Source of the DNA: Pocillopora damicornis
Taxonomy: Eukaryota
Length of the DNA: 64,000 bases
Assembly (NCBI RefSeq): GCF_003704095.1
Contig: NW_020846006.1
Location: 186,001-250,000 of the forward strand
Direction of reading: 5' to 3'
Numbering within the stretch: the stretch's first letter is position 1; each line of letters begins with the position of its first letter. The notes below the pieces were generated by a model. It searched no databases. It had not been told where the DNA came from and saw only the letters and a program-made list of their open reading frames with translations. A program made the translations under genes and the position numbers. This document shows positions 52,523 through 64,000 of this stretch, piece by piece.

Positions 52523-54535
52523 CAGATTGCTCATACATTTAGATGGTTTCATCCCCCAACTATACTTGAAGTGTGTCACATAATTGGAAATGAATTCCAG
52601 TGGCATAAATTGGTTCAGTGCTACTGAGTATCATCAACCTTCCAACATTGTGGAGAAAATCTGGTAGATCTAACCTCAACACAAGACCCCTGACCTTTGC
52701 ATTGAAAAAAGGTGACAAGTTTGCAATCAATTATAAATTGAACTGAATCAAGGTGCATTATGGGAACAGTAATCTGGTAATAGAGAAATTCTGCTTGGCA
52801 ATGGTGCTTCAGGTTTTTTTCATTTGGGTTTCCAAGCAACATGTACTTAGTTGTAAGAATGACTGAAGCAGGAGTCAAAGGAGGAAAGAATTTTTTATAT
52901 GGCAAAGCAAGTGAACCTTGCAGTGTAAAGTACTGCCTAACTAATTGGATTTTAAGTGTTTTTCCACATTTATGGTTCAAGAAATGCATTGAAGCTAGCA
53001 AGATAAAGGCATCAATTATGTCTATCAATCATTTTGAGAAAGAATTGGCAAAGAACACTGAGGGTGTTAGAATGGTTGATATTGAATACAATTATGAATG
53101 TAACTTCCCACACTTAGCTTCAGTGTGTCAGTGTTGCTAGGCAACAGACATTTTATAGCAGAAGATTGTACTTACTCAGGCAACCGATATTTTTCTTCTA
53201 TCATGCATTCCATTCATGCACCAGAATGTTCCAACAAATAAGTCACAGTTGTGCAATGGGTTGGGGAAGGTGAAAAGGAGTCTTGGCAGGCCAAGTGTTT
53301 CTTACTAGTGAATAAATGAAAGGAAACATGGCAGACACAACATTTTGAATAATTTGTGCAACTTTGTGTTGCTCTAAGCAGAGTTCACTTATTTGTGTCC
53401 TAAGAAGACTAATGAAATTTTCTCATTAATCACCACCTTCCCAACCTGGTAACTCTACTCATGTCATCCATCATTAATGAAACAAATCAGGTTAATCATT
53501 TCTGATAATTATTCTGCACACTTAGTTTCTGGCGATAAATAATTCATCTCATTGAAGATTGGCAAATAAGTGCAGCTTAACATATTGTTACATCCATGAC
53601 AAGTGTTCATCAATTTACAGTCCAGCTTTTGAAGCACTTTCTGACTGTAGATAAGTCTGCAACAAGAATAGCATGTGTAACCACCAACGTGACAGGAGGC
53701 AGTGCTTGTATGGAGAAAATTCTAAGCCAGTTCATATTGCTTTACTGCTGAATACATCCAGACATCTTCCAATGGAAATGTTCCAAAAATAAAAGCGCAT
53801 TATTTCGTTGAATTGTTTGTTGTTGTTTAGCTATGTTCAAGTATGTTCAAGTCTTGATGCTGTTTGTTTATTTGTTAGGAGTATAAACCTTCAACTTGAA
53901 CATTTTCCATCTTTTTGCCTTTTCTTTTTAAAGGCCTGTTACATACTATTTGGTAATCTCCATCACTTGGCCTTCAAATTAGATGAAGCCAATTGGACTC
54001 TATCTAGGAAAACTTCAGAAAAACTTAACCTTACTTTCCCAATTTTCTTTTAGTTGCTAATAATGCACAGGAGTCATCCATGTCTGGTTTATGGCTTTAA
54101 GCCTGTAACTATAGAAGTAAACTTGTTTCATAGTCAGTTTGACTTTGTACATGACTGAACATGATGATGTGGGTAAAAAAAAATTTAAAAAAAACCTGGT
54201 AATTTGGTACTATCAACTAGTTGATAATGTAAATTGGCCACTGTTAAGAGTTTGAAAGCTGATGTTCCCAAACATAAGCTTACGATCGGAATTCAGCTTT
54301 GAAACTCTTAACACTGGCCGAATTATGCTAGTAACCCAGTTGATAACACCAATTTATCTAGTTATACTCCGCCCCTGACACAGCACCATAGTTTCTTTAG
54401 AAACTCACTCCCTTGTTAAAAAAAAGACCACTCTTGGTTATTGAAAGAGGTATGTTATTTGCGCAAATCAGATTTATTGGGTTATCTTGCTGGCACCAAT
54501 TAGATCAGTTAGGGCTTGTTGCTTGCATCAATTAG

Positions 54536-54662
54536 GCCCTGGTTGTTTGAAGGGTGGATAATGCTACCCGCTGAACAAATTTGTATCTGGAGGATAGCAT
54601 AGTACATTTTGCAATTACTTAACTGATAGGGAGCATTATCTGCACTCTTTACAACTGGGCCC
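54536..54662. repeat. Short MITE-like repeat (GGCCC.GTTGT...ACAACTGGGCC); related copy ~63711-63850
   Basis: Imperfect inverted termini and shared GTGGATA/GGATAGC motifs in both copies. Confidence 0.5.
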
Positions 54663-56136
54663 AGATTTATAAAGGTATGATGCTTGTACTAGTTTTCTAC
54701 AGGGTTTGTTGCTAACACCATTCACAATGCACCCTTGAGGTGTTTTGCAGTTTTCTTGTCATTGGTGTTGTGTAGTAAATCAAGATTCTAAAGTCTTTTT
54801 AGAGTAGCATGCTAGCACATACAGGATATGGTTTAATTTGCTGTGCAGTTGCTCACTAAGGTTAAAAAAACTTGGTTTGTCACATTTACCTTATGCTTAA
54901 ACCTCTTGTGTGTGGCAATATTCTCTTTGTTTTTTTAAGTTTTCCATGTGTTCACTTGGCTGTATTGGGTAATCCCCCATGAAAAGTAGGTCATTACTTG
55001 TCATATGCAGTGGTATGCGAAAGCAATTGAAGTAATATTCTCATTCTACATTAAAAGTAATTTCACTTAATCAGAGTTGAGAACCTAAAACATGCTCTTG
55101 GTCTGGGTACATCAAGGATAAATTGGACTTATGACTTTTTTGTACATGTGCCAAACCATTTTGTGTGGTGTTAAATTAACTTAGATTAGAGAGGTTTTTC
55201 TCCAAAATGGCCTTTTGAACACACCCCATGATTCCATGAAATTCCACAAATTCCATTACACCAAGTGAACTATTTTGTTTTTCCCACATTATTAGTAGAA
55301 TCATAAAGCACGTGAAAATTTCAAGTCATTGCCATAAATTTGTCATAAGATATTTTATTCCCAAAATTTGCAAAAATTCACCAAATTAGCCTCTGGTACC
55401 ACCTTAATTCATATGGTTTCTTAACTGCATAGTTCAAGGATAAATTTTTAAGACACCCAGAACTTCTGAATTGTAGGTTTCAAAATTCAAACACTAAACC
55501 TGGTAGTTAAAATGTACTTCACTTATTTCTATTACACATGGTCTGTCCAGGTACCATCATTTTATTTACCTTGCATTAAAAGTTACACAGAATTGCAAAT
55601 GAATCAAACTTTGCTTTCTAACAACTGAAAATAGTGCAACAATCAATTTCAGAGAAACTGATTTATTAGTTGAATATTTTAACCCCTTCTCATAATTGTG
55701 TTGGGTAATCAAGTTCCTAGTAAGTGGTAAAGCTGGAATTTGGTGATAAAATTAAAATACTACAATGTAAAATAAAAAATTAAGGAAGTAGCACTGGCCG
55801 TGAAAAATATGCAAGTATGCTATCTGCCCTGCCATCATGTTCACATTAGAAGCTCCATCACTCTAGTAAAAAGGGGAATGACAAATTTTCCCCATGAGCT
55901 TATATCAGTAACTGTAATGTTCCTAGTCAATGGTTTTTTTTCATCTGGTTGAACATTTTGGGTAATAAAATCAAGAATTAGGTGCACTGCAATTGTTTAT
56001 CATAGAACTTAAAGTATAGCTCCTACTAATAAGTAACTGTAGTTCCCACTTTTGTTGCTTAAATTCTTTTATTGTAAACAATATAGATGTAAACTTGTCT
56101 TTGAACTGTTAAAAAATAAACCACTGACCATGTCTC

Positions 56137-58773
56137 CTACAGCTTAGATAGGAGGACATCTGAATCAAAAAACACTACAGTGACAGTAATATCATCTCTC
56201 CACATACGTCTATATTGCTCTGGAACCAATAACATCTGAGCTACATAGCCATGGTCATTACCACCCAAGGCATGACGAATGAGATGAGTGGCTGCATTTT
56301 GTTCCAGAACTTCATCCCCTGCATCTTTGATGTCAGTGGGAGCTACAGCAATCTCTTTATCTTTCCTATCCTGCTGAAGAAAACTGGCAACCAAGCCAAC
56401 AGCTTGCTCATTGCTAAGAACATCCCACAAGCCATCTGTGGCAAGGATAAGGAATTTATCATGGGGTTGTAAACGGTGATGTGTAACAACAGGTCTTGCT
56501 GTGAGGTAAGGTGGAGTTATGTACATATTTGGTGGAACAATAGGACCCCCATACACCTGTGTGAGAACATGGGAATGGGTTACTTTATCCCACTTGTATT
56601 GAATGTCACCAAATGATCTTAGTGGCTGTAGTTGTCCGAGGAGACGCTTGTTCTTTATGACAAAGGCTTCACCAGGGTGCTCTAACCTAAGTCTCTCTAC
56701 TTCATCATCATTCTCAGCTGTCTGATCAACAGAGAGTGGAGTAGCCAACCAAGAGCCATCCCCTTTTGTACTTCCAAGAACAGCTCTACAATCACCTGGA
56801 ATACAAATTTAAAAAAATGAATCAATCACTTATCTTAAAATACAGTGACAGTTTCTCATCCCAAAAAGATAAAATTGCATAGTATATATAAACAATCAAC
56901 ACATATAATTGTTTTTTAGACCAACAAATAATCTCTAGGAATTTTGATAGACTACCTTCAGAGTGTCCCATGGCGTTGACTTTTCAAAGAGGATATGTAG
57001 CCAGGGAGCAGTCATTATTTACATAGAGTGGGGGAGGGAAAAGTATATTAGAAATATCAAAATTTCTATGAGCTCTCCCCCCTCCAGGCAATGAAAATAG
57101 CAAATGACCCCCTTCTTTATTCAATATTTAATTGATGATCCCTTGTCACCTCATATCTCTTCTTAGGGACTTGTCAGAAATTAGCAGGGGGGGAGGGGGG
57201 GTGGGAATTTTAAATTTGGGTTCGGAAATTAGGTGACCCATCCCTGCAATGGGAGTGAAATTTGCTAACCCTCCCCTTGAGCTTGGCCCAAAATATCATA
57301 ACCCTCCCCCTCTTGTATAAATGATAAAATCTAGTTCTTGCAATACACTAGGGTNNNNNNNNNNNNNNNNNNNNNNNNNNNNNNNNNNNNNNNNNNNNNN
57401 NNNNNNNNNNNNNNNNNNNNNNNNNNNNNNNNNNNNNNNNNNNNNNNNNNNNNNTCTGACGAAGGGCTAACGCTCGAAACGTCAGCTTTTTACCCTTTAC
57501 GATGGCTAATTTACGTTTTCTCTTCTTATATACCTAGTAATTATCAAAATTCATGTCACAAACAATCATAAGATGATTACTTTGCATAACACCCACCTTG
57601 AGCAATGGATCACTCTTAAAGTGTACCTCAAACTGCTGATCCTCCCTAAACTTCTTTATTAAGAGTTTTGCCCCCCCTCTTGCCAAACTGAAATAGCCTT
57701 GACCACCCTTCCTTTTCTTTCTTCCCTTCCCCCACTTTACATAAACAATGGCCAGTCCCTTTATTTAGTAAAATGACCTTACAACAGATATCCCCATTAC
57801 CATGTTACTGCTGTAATCCTCCCAGCATTACATAAATATCAGTAAAATGCAATGAAAAGACTGCTTTACTCTACATAGCTGATCATGTGTTACTGTCTAC
57901 ACACATACCTGTGTTTGCCACATAGATGTTTTGTCCCTCAATATAAGATACTAACGCACAAGCCCCTGAAGCTCCAGCAACAAAGGAGTCGTCAAGAACT
58001 TTTACTGGTATGGCTTCAGTAGAAATATCGTCATCTAATTGTGTAAAAGCCAAACTAAGGGATTCCTGAGTAGGCATTCGACCTTCAAAAGGCTTCCCTA
58101 TCAAGCTTTTGATAAAGTACTTTGGTCCTGTTTGAAAAACTTCTTGTTTTTGACTTAAAGTATAACCAAAATTGCTCTGAGATGTGCTTTCCATTGCTGG
58201 TAACCTGTCCTGTAAAATTTTAACAAAATCATCCCCTGAGAAACCTTTCGAGAGATTTCTCTCCAAGATGGTCAAATCAGATTTTGTAAGGAAAGATACA
58301 GCAAGATAGAGAGGTAAACGATTTTTAACCATTTCTGCACACTGCCAGCCACCGTGCCCATCAAATACACCAAAGGTTGTACCGTTTGTTTTCAATAACA
58401 GCCATTCATTGGCCCGATCTTCACACGGAGAATTGGAAGCGAAACTGTTTGTTTCAAAGTGAGATACTACTCCAATATTCACATTCACGCTTTTTTCATT
58501 CTTTCGCAAAATTTCACTGGCCTCTTTAGGACTTATTGGAGGTTTCTCTGAACCTTTAGGGCCCTGTACAAAATTATGGATCCATTTCTGCAAAAGGTCT
58601 CGTAATCCAACGGAGCTTGACGCATCTTCTTCTCCGCTGCCAGCACGAACCGTTAGGGACCTGTTGAAACCAAACGTGTACATGGAGCCAAAGAAAGCGG
58701 CTGTTGCGCCGAATACTGGCCATTTCCATTTACTCAAGGTTCCAAAAAATTCTGCTCTGTTCATTAGGGACAT
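56137..58773 (-). CDS. PDP1: Mitochondrial pyruvate dehydrogenase phosphatase catalytic subunit (PP2C/PPM family), 2 exons
   Basis: Exon 1 58773-57909 (first in-frame ATG; true start may be 58862, see findings); exon 2 56795-56137. Motifs SNSPCEDR, FGVFDGHGG, VANTG|DCRAVLG, RLLGQLQPLRSFGD, TPPYLTARP, FLILATDGLWD, NAATHLIRHALGG, RDDITVTVVFF. Likely co-orthologue of PDP1/PDP2. Confidence 0.93.
57455..57490 (+). ncRNA. Minimal hammerhead ribozyme motif with intact core (PLE type)
   Basis: CTGACGA-A-GGGC-TAAC-GCTC-GAAA-CG-TC-AGC: intact core boxes, 4-bp stem II, palindromic ACGT stem III, GUC cleavage triplet. The 5' strand of stem I falls in the N-gap. Confidence 0.65.
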
Positions 58774-58957
58774 GGGACGATATTTAAGATTCTTAGAACA
58801 AACTAAACGAGAAAAATCAACCACACCATCACGTGTTAGTTGTCGTCCCGTCTGAACGCCATAATAAAATATGTCATGATGGAGCTAGGATGGATGTTTC
58901 GCAGTTAGGATCCAGACTCTCTGAGGTGTTGCTCTACACCCTGGAAACGAGGTAAAC

Positions 58958-58988
58958 CCCGCCCTGTTTCCCGCCCTGTTTCCCGCCC
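58958..58988. promoter_or_regulatory. 12-bp tandem repeat giving three GC boxes upstream of PDP
   Basis: CCCGCCCTGTTT CCCGCCCTGTTT CCCGCCC, ~100 bp upstream of the 58862 ATG. Confidence 0.55.
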
Positions 58989-59423
58989 TCGGACTCAATT
59001 GCTTCCGGACCGTCTCGTAACTCAATGGTCAGGGTCCATGTCAATTTTAAATTCTAAGAGAGCACTTTCCCATCACATCCTGTTTTCAGGCAGGTTTTAA
59101 GTGACCCCTTCACATAGCTATGACTGAATTCCTGAATCTTTGATGAAAGAGTTTCTGTTCCCACTCAACTAAATTCACAAAGCTCCTCAAATCATGAATT
59201 GTTCCCGTACCTGAATCAATACTAAATAGCCCCACAAAGCTTCAGGGGAAAGAGGTCAGGATTTATTCTGACAATTGCTCGTTACCCTGACTGAAATCGG
59301 CGATTTGTAATCCTTGGGTATTNNNNNNNNNNNNNNNNNNNNNNNNNNNNNNNNNNNNNNNNNNNNNNNNNNNNNNNNNNNNNNNNNNNNNNNNNNNNNN
59401 NNNNNNNNNNNNNNNNNNNNNNA

Positions 59424-59941
59424 AATCAGAGTCGTCACTACATAAACGACGAAGTCTGAGAAACTGTAAAAAAGGTATGGAGTTCTTGACATGTGATGGA
59501 TGTGAGGATGAATACAACAAGTAACTATGTGAATCTGTAGGTTTGTAGTAAACACTAGTACATAAGCCGTTGCCTTCAATTGAAATTTATTTTGATGTCT
59601 AGAAAAGCCAAAGAAGTGTCGGAAATTTCCCAGGTATATTTAAGAGCCGGATGAAAGGAATTGACGGCGGTTATAAATTGAGTGAGCTCCTCTTTGGTAG
59701 AGGAGGTAGCGCCGATGCAATCATCAATGTAGCGGCCGTAGAGTTGAGGTTTTGGGCCGTGGTATTGGCTAAAAATTTGATGTTCGATAAAACCTACAAA
59801 AAGATTGGCGTAGCTGGGTCCCATTTTAGTATCCATGGCCACGCCATTAGTTTGTTTGCAGTAGTTATCATAATTGCTTTTCATTCGGTGGTAACTACTA
59901 CAAACAAACTAATGGCGTGGCCATGGGTACTAAAATGGGAC
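59424..59941 (-). mobile_element. Penelope-like reverse transcriptase fragment with 5' inverted duplication
   Basis: Minus strand KQTNGVAMDTKMGPSYANLFVG...YGRYIDDC...VNSFHPALKYTWEIS...FLDIKI/YKPTDSHSYLLYSSSHPSHVKNSIPFLQFLRLRRLCSDDSD; the plus strand at 59872-59941 repeats NCFSFGGNYYKQTNGVAMGTKMG. Confidence 0.88.
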
Positions 59942-60011
59942 GCACCGTCGTCTTCAATTTTAATATGCACAACTTCCTACCACATTTACACATGTCCAAC
60001 CAAATGGAGGC

Positions 60012-60223
60012 TTAACCCTTCAACTCCCAAGATCTCATTAGTTATTCTCCTTACTATCTCCCATACAGTTCTTGTGATGTTAGTTTGGAGAATTTGGCAT
60101 TGGATCAACTAATAATCCCCTAATTAATATTTTTCTATATTCTCATCACTTTTCTGCTCAGTATTGTATTGATATTGTAAGGAGAAATTCTGTCTTGGTC
60201 ACTGATGGGAGTGAAAGGGTTAA
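60012..60223. mobile_element. TTAA-flanked piggyBac-type MITE (~210 bp)
   Basis: TTAA-CCCTTCAACTCCCA ... TGGGAGTGAAAGGG-TTAA. Confidence 0.8.
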
Positions 60224-60294
60224 CCATTCTCAAAACTGTTTTGAGCAAATTCTTTAAACAGTGCCCTCTACAAAATGAATATGATCTGTTTCCA

Positions 60295-60600
60295 ATTATC
60301 AGTTAGTTTCCATGTTGCTGTGTGTCTGTTCAGTAATAGATCACAGATCATCAAAATGTGGTAAGAACAAAAAAGTGGCAAATGGGGAGCAGCCAAGTTT
60401 GTCACTGTTGTTCGTACCACCTTTTGATGTCTTCTGTGATCTATTACTGTTCAGACACATGGCAACAGAAAAGTTGTTTGTTTCAAATGATAAAAAAAAA
60501 CAAAATGTTAAAGGTGATATCATCTATGCATCTGTCCTCCAACAGATCATAAATAAGAAACAATCAAAATGCATTTATAATTCACTTTATCATATAATAC
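60295..60600. repeat. Interspersed repeat; decayed relative at ~30040-30180
   Basis: Shared CAGTAATAGATCACAGA ... TCTGT(G/A)ATCTATTACT internal inverted motif. Confidence 0.6.
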
Positions 60601-61101
60601 CTATCAGATGAATGAAAGCTATCAAAGCGTTAACTAAACAATTCTGAAAAATTTGTTGCATAAAGGAAATTCAAATTGGGTCAAGAGAAGGAGAGAAATT
60701 GTGCAAGCATCTTTTAACCAACAATGTAATTTTCAGAATTATATCAGAGGTACACTGTAACTTTTGATAGCTCTATGGGAACCACTGGCTTCATGTCAAC
60801 TGTAAGGAAAAGATTACCAGGATAACTCACATAAATAATATGTTATAGTCCAAAGGTACCATAACTTTGCAATACAATGGTACTAGAATACTGAAAAAAG
60901 CTGACAATTTTGTGACCTTCCACTGACAGTGGTTGGTGTTGTTTATACTGTTTGGAAGCCACAAATATACAATTTTCTTAACTAAAATAAAACCAAATGT
61001 CACATTATGGCAGGAATAGATACACCTTTGTGACAAGCAATCATGCCAGACTTAGTATCCTGGCCATATTATGTACAAATTTTTAACTATCATGATATAA
61101 C

Positions 61102-62740
61102 TTAAAATAATTGCTGGTCCTTAGGAAATGTTCCCATATATTTGCAAATGATTGATAGCATCACTTCATCTGCTCCACCGCCAATTGACAAAAGACGGTT
61201 GTCTCTATAAGCGCGGCTGACTTCCACTTCTGAAGTAAAACCCATTCCTCCCCAGAACTGCAGGCAGGAGTCAGGTACCTCTCGTGCAAGGCGACCAGCC
61301 TTGAGTTTGAGCATTGAGGCTAGCTTGTTGACATCTTTACCTTTCATGTACAGATCTAAAGCATAGAAAAGTAAATTAGTCAACAACTTAAGATAACAAT
61401 TTGTAATAACAGAGAGACCTAGAGTCCAAACATGGCACCCAAAGTGAAAAAAAGAAAAAACATTCAATAAAAGAAACAAGGATAAAACAAAAAAAAGAAA
61501 CACACACACACACACACACACACTTAATAAGCCTAATAAGAAGCACAAGTTCCTCTTTATGGTATGATAACATGTTTCTTATATAATCATTATTAAATTT
61601 AAAGAATTGGACCAAAGCATAGCTTTCTCTCCCTCTATGACAGTAGTAAAACTCTAACCAAAATTATTTAAAGCTGCCAAGAACCAACCTGTAGTTCTAT
61701 ATACAAGTGACCTGAGCAGTTCAACTTCAGTTTGAAGCTCAGCAAGGCGGAAGTGAACATACTGATTGTCTAGAATGGATTTGCCGAATGCCTTCCTTTC
61801 CCTGCAGTAGGTGGCAGTTTCAAAAATAAGTCTCTCCATAGACAACAGAACTAAAACAAAAAATATATCACATAAATAACAAGAAAAGGTATCTATTATT
61901 TTGATAAAAACCCTCAGCTAAATAAAATAAAAGTTTTACTTAGTAAGTCCATTCACTTTTGTTCTTATATTTATCATATCCTTTTACCACGAAAGGGAAA
62001 ATTTAGTGTTCATTAAAATAATAACTAAAAATAATTCTATCATTATGACTTTTATCATTACTATTTAACTGTAATATCATAATTTTTACCATTGTAATTA
62101 TGAATGTGACTTGTTATTATTACTGACATAATTATAAATAAACTGTGGCCCTGCCTTGGCAAGGGGTAACTCAAGATAATTTGGTTTTATCAACTGAGTT
62201 GATAATGTAACCTTGTCTCTGTAAAGAGTTTCTAAAGGTAACCCCTAAGTTTCAGAAACTTGGAAAACCCATACAAACTTACTCTACGGTTCACACTTCA
62301 GTACGTGATGAATATACAGTGTTCCTGATCTTGAGCCTTAAACTCTCTCAAACGTGAGCAAGAATTCTTTCTAGACTGATAATAGGAGTTTCTTATGTTG
62401 TCTTTGTTTTTTGGTCATCCTATAATACCTGAAGCCCCAGCAAAAACTCTTTCCTCAACAAACTGAAACATCTGGTAGGGAAACCCCATTCCTTCCTGAC
62501 CAATCAGGTATGACTGTGGTACTTTCACATCCTCAAAGAACAGCTCTGCAGTGTCTGATGAATGCATCCCAAGCTTGTTAATATTCCTTGCCTTATGGAC
62601 TCCAGGTAGATTGAGAGGAACACAGATCAAAGACTTGTTTTTATGCAGTGGACCTCCACTTGTATTCGCTAAAAGACAAATCCAATCTGCCTGGAGACCA
62701 TTTGTAATCCATAACTTGCTTCCATTTATGACAAAGTCAT
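61102..62740 (-). CDS. Acyl-CoA dehydrogenase, ACDH-6/AtuD (citronellyl-CoA dehydrogenase)-like; last three exons, 5' exons not found in window
   Basis: Exons 62740-62429, 61850-61689, 61355-61102 (all phase 1, GT-AG). Motifs INGSKLWITNG, KLGMHSSDTAELFFEDVKVP, RKAFGKSILDNQYVHFRLAEL, CLQFWGGMGF, YRDNRLLSIGGGADEVML. Confidence 0.9.
61500..61523. repeat. (CA)n microsatellite in the last intron of the acyl-CoA dehydrogenase
   Basis: About 11-12 CA units directly visible. Confidence 0.95.
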
Positions 62741-64000
62741 CTGTTACAAAAAAAATCATTTGAAGCCTTGTGGACACAGACAGTTTAAATAAACTGTTGA
62801 AATACTAAATCAAACAAATTATGGATACACCCATATCAGTTTTCCTTCTGGCCTTCTCTGCAAGGGCATACCCTTGTAGATTGACAAATTTATACACCTG
62901 TATCTACATGCTATGGCTATATAATTACATTCTATAAGTAAAAGGTGTTGCTTCTGTAGTTATCAACAGAAGTAAACTAAAATATAAAACACAATAAAAT
63001 ATAATAACAATGCAAAACCTTGCGTGTTCCTCAAAAAATGGAATTAAAAGGGAAACTTACAGCAATATTCAGGCCAGTCTATTATACATAGTTCAATTGT
63101 AACCCCTCTTGGTCACCTTAACAAGATAAACAATTCCATAATATAGGATTCTTTGTCCCATTTTCAGCTTGCTGACTCAGTCAAGATGTTTTGACTGTAA
63201 GCAGTCTGATAAATTAGCTGGATCAAAAATTAAGAGGTCTGGAATTAAGCCCTTGCTTGGTCATTGCATCATGTTCATAGGTAAGATACTTCACCATCAC
63301 AACACAGTACCTCTCCTCCAAGGGCATAAATGAGTAGTCCTGGGAAACAAGACTATGAGCAGTCCTTTCCATCACACAAGCAAAAAAAAATTCAGAGAAA
63401 AAAAATTGATGTTAGCACATCACAGGGAGCTCTTGATGCACTGCAGGGGCTTTATGAATGAGGCTCTCAAAAAGTAGGGACTACAGATTAAGCTCAAGAG
63501 TTTGACCTCCATGTTTGGCGCACAACAACAAAAATATAATTGGCTACTGGATGGATGTGTCAACTCTTCTCAACACTGCAGATTAATCATTGTCTGATGA
63601 CCTGTAGGAATGTTTGTTGCCACTTCTGACAATTTGTTTGCTAAAACCAGGACAGACAGAAGCGCTAGAAGCTCTTTTTGTTAGCAAAGAAGTTTTTATC
63701 AATTTTGCTAACCAGCATCGGAAAGATAACCTTATCCACTGGATAAATCATTATCCCATGGATAGCACAATAGGTTATGTTAACACTCACCAGGTGGATA
63801 GTGATTTATCCTTTGGATAGCATTAACCATTCTTTGAACAACTGGGTCCAGGGGTTTTGTCCCACAAGACAATCATCAAGCCCTGAAGCATATCCTTATA
63901 ATTTTATTGCTTAATGGCATTGTGGTGGAACAAGCAGCTCTTCAGTTATCAGACAAGGGCAAAGACTACATGACTTATTTTTCAGAAGACAAATTACAAG

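Noticed and set aside
52621-53140. Overlapping 135-aa and 99-aa ORFs downstream of MEIOC
   Set aside because: No recognisable domain or splice structure; they lie in the probable 3' UTR.
61102-62740. Calling the dehydrogenase ACADL (which would add to the Hox-paralogon synteny)
   Set aside because: The C-terminal motifs fit the ACDH-6/AtuD-like group rather than ACADL, so it was not used as synteny evidence.

Overview
Intron-rich, AT-rich animal genomic DNA with several N-gaps. It is most likely from a stony coral (Scleractinia); this is inferred from the repeat families and gene content and is not proven. Seven spliced protein-coding genes can be reconstructed by hand: (1) Gbx homeobox (-); (2) a divergent ANTP-class homeobox gene (+) arranged head-to-head with Gbx ~10 kb away, whose homeobox exon is missing from the ORF track; (3) GATAD1 (+); (4) SLC25A39/40 mitochondrial carrier (-); (5) MEIOC (+); (6) pyruvate dehydrogenase phosphatase PDP1/2 (-); (7) the 3' part of an ACDH-6/AtuD-like acyl-CoA dehydrogenase (-). 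Gene 2 is the most striking. It has an eh1 motif, an almost perfect Engrailed EH2 motif (WPAWVYATRYS) and an En-like phase-1 intron just after EH2, but a non-canonical recognition helix (VRTWFQNRRTRWRK). It sits next to Gbx and among genes whose human orthologues lie on the Hox/EN/GBX-bearing chromosomes. It is therefore a candidate cryptic engrailed-related gene and EHGbox remnant in a lineage generally reported to lack engrailed. Intergenic and intronic DNA holds decayed Penelope-like elements with hammerhead-ribozyme motifs, RTE and L2/CR1 LINE ends, TA- and TTAA-flanked MITEs, an RPA1-like pseudogene, and a decayed partial copy of the homeobox gene's last exon.
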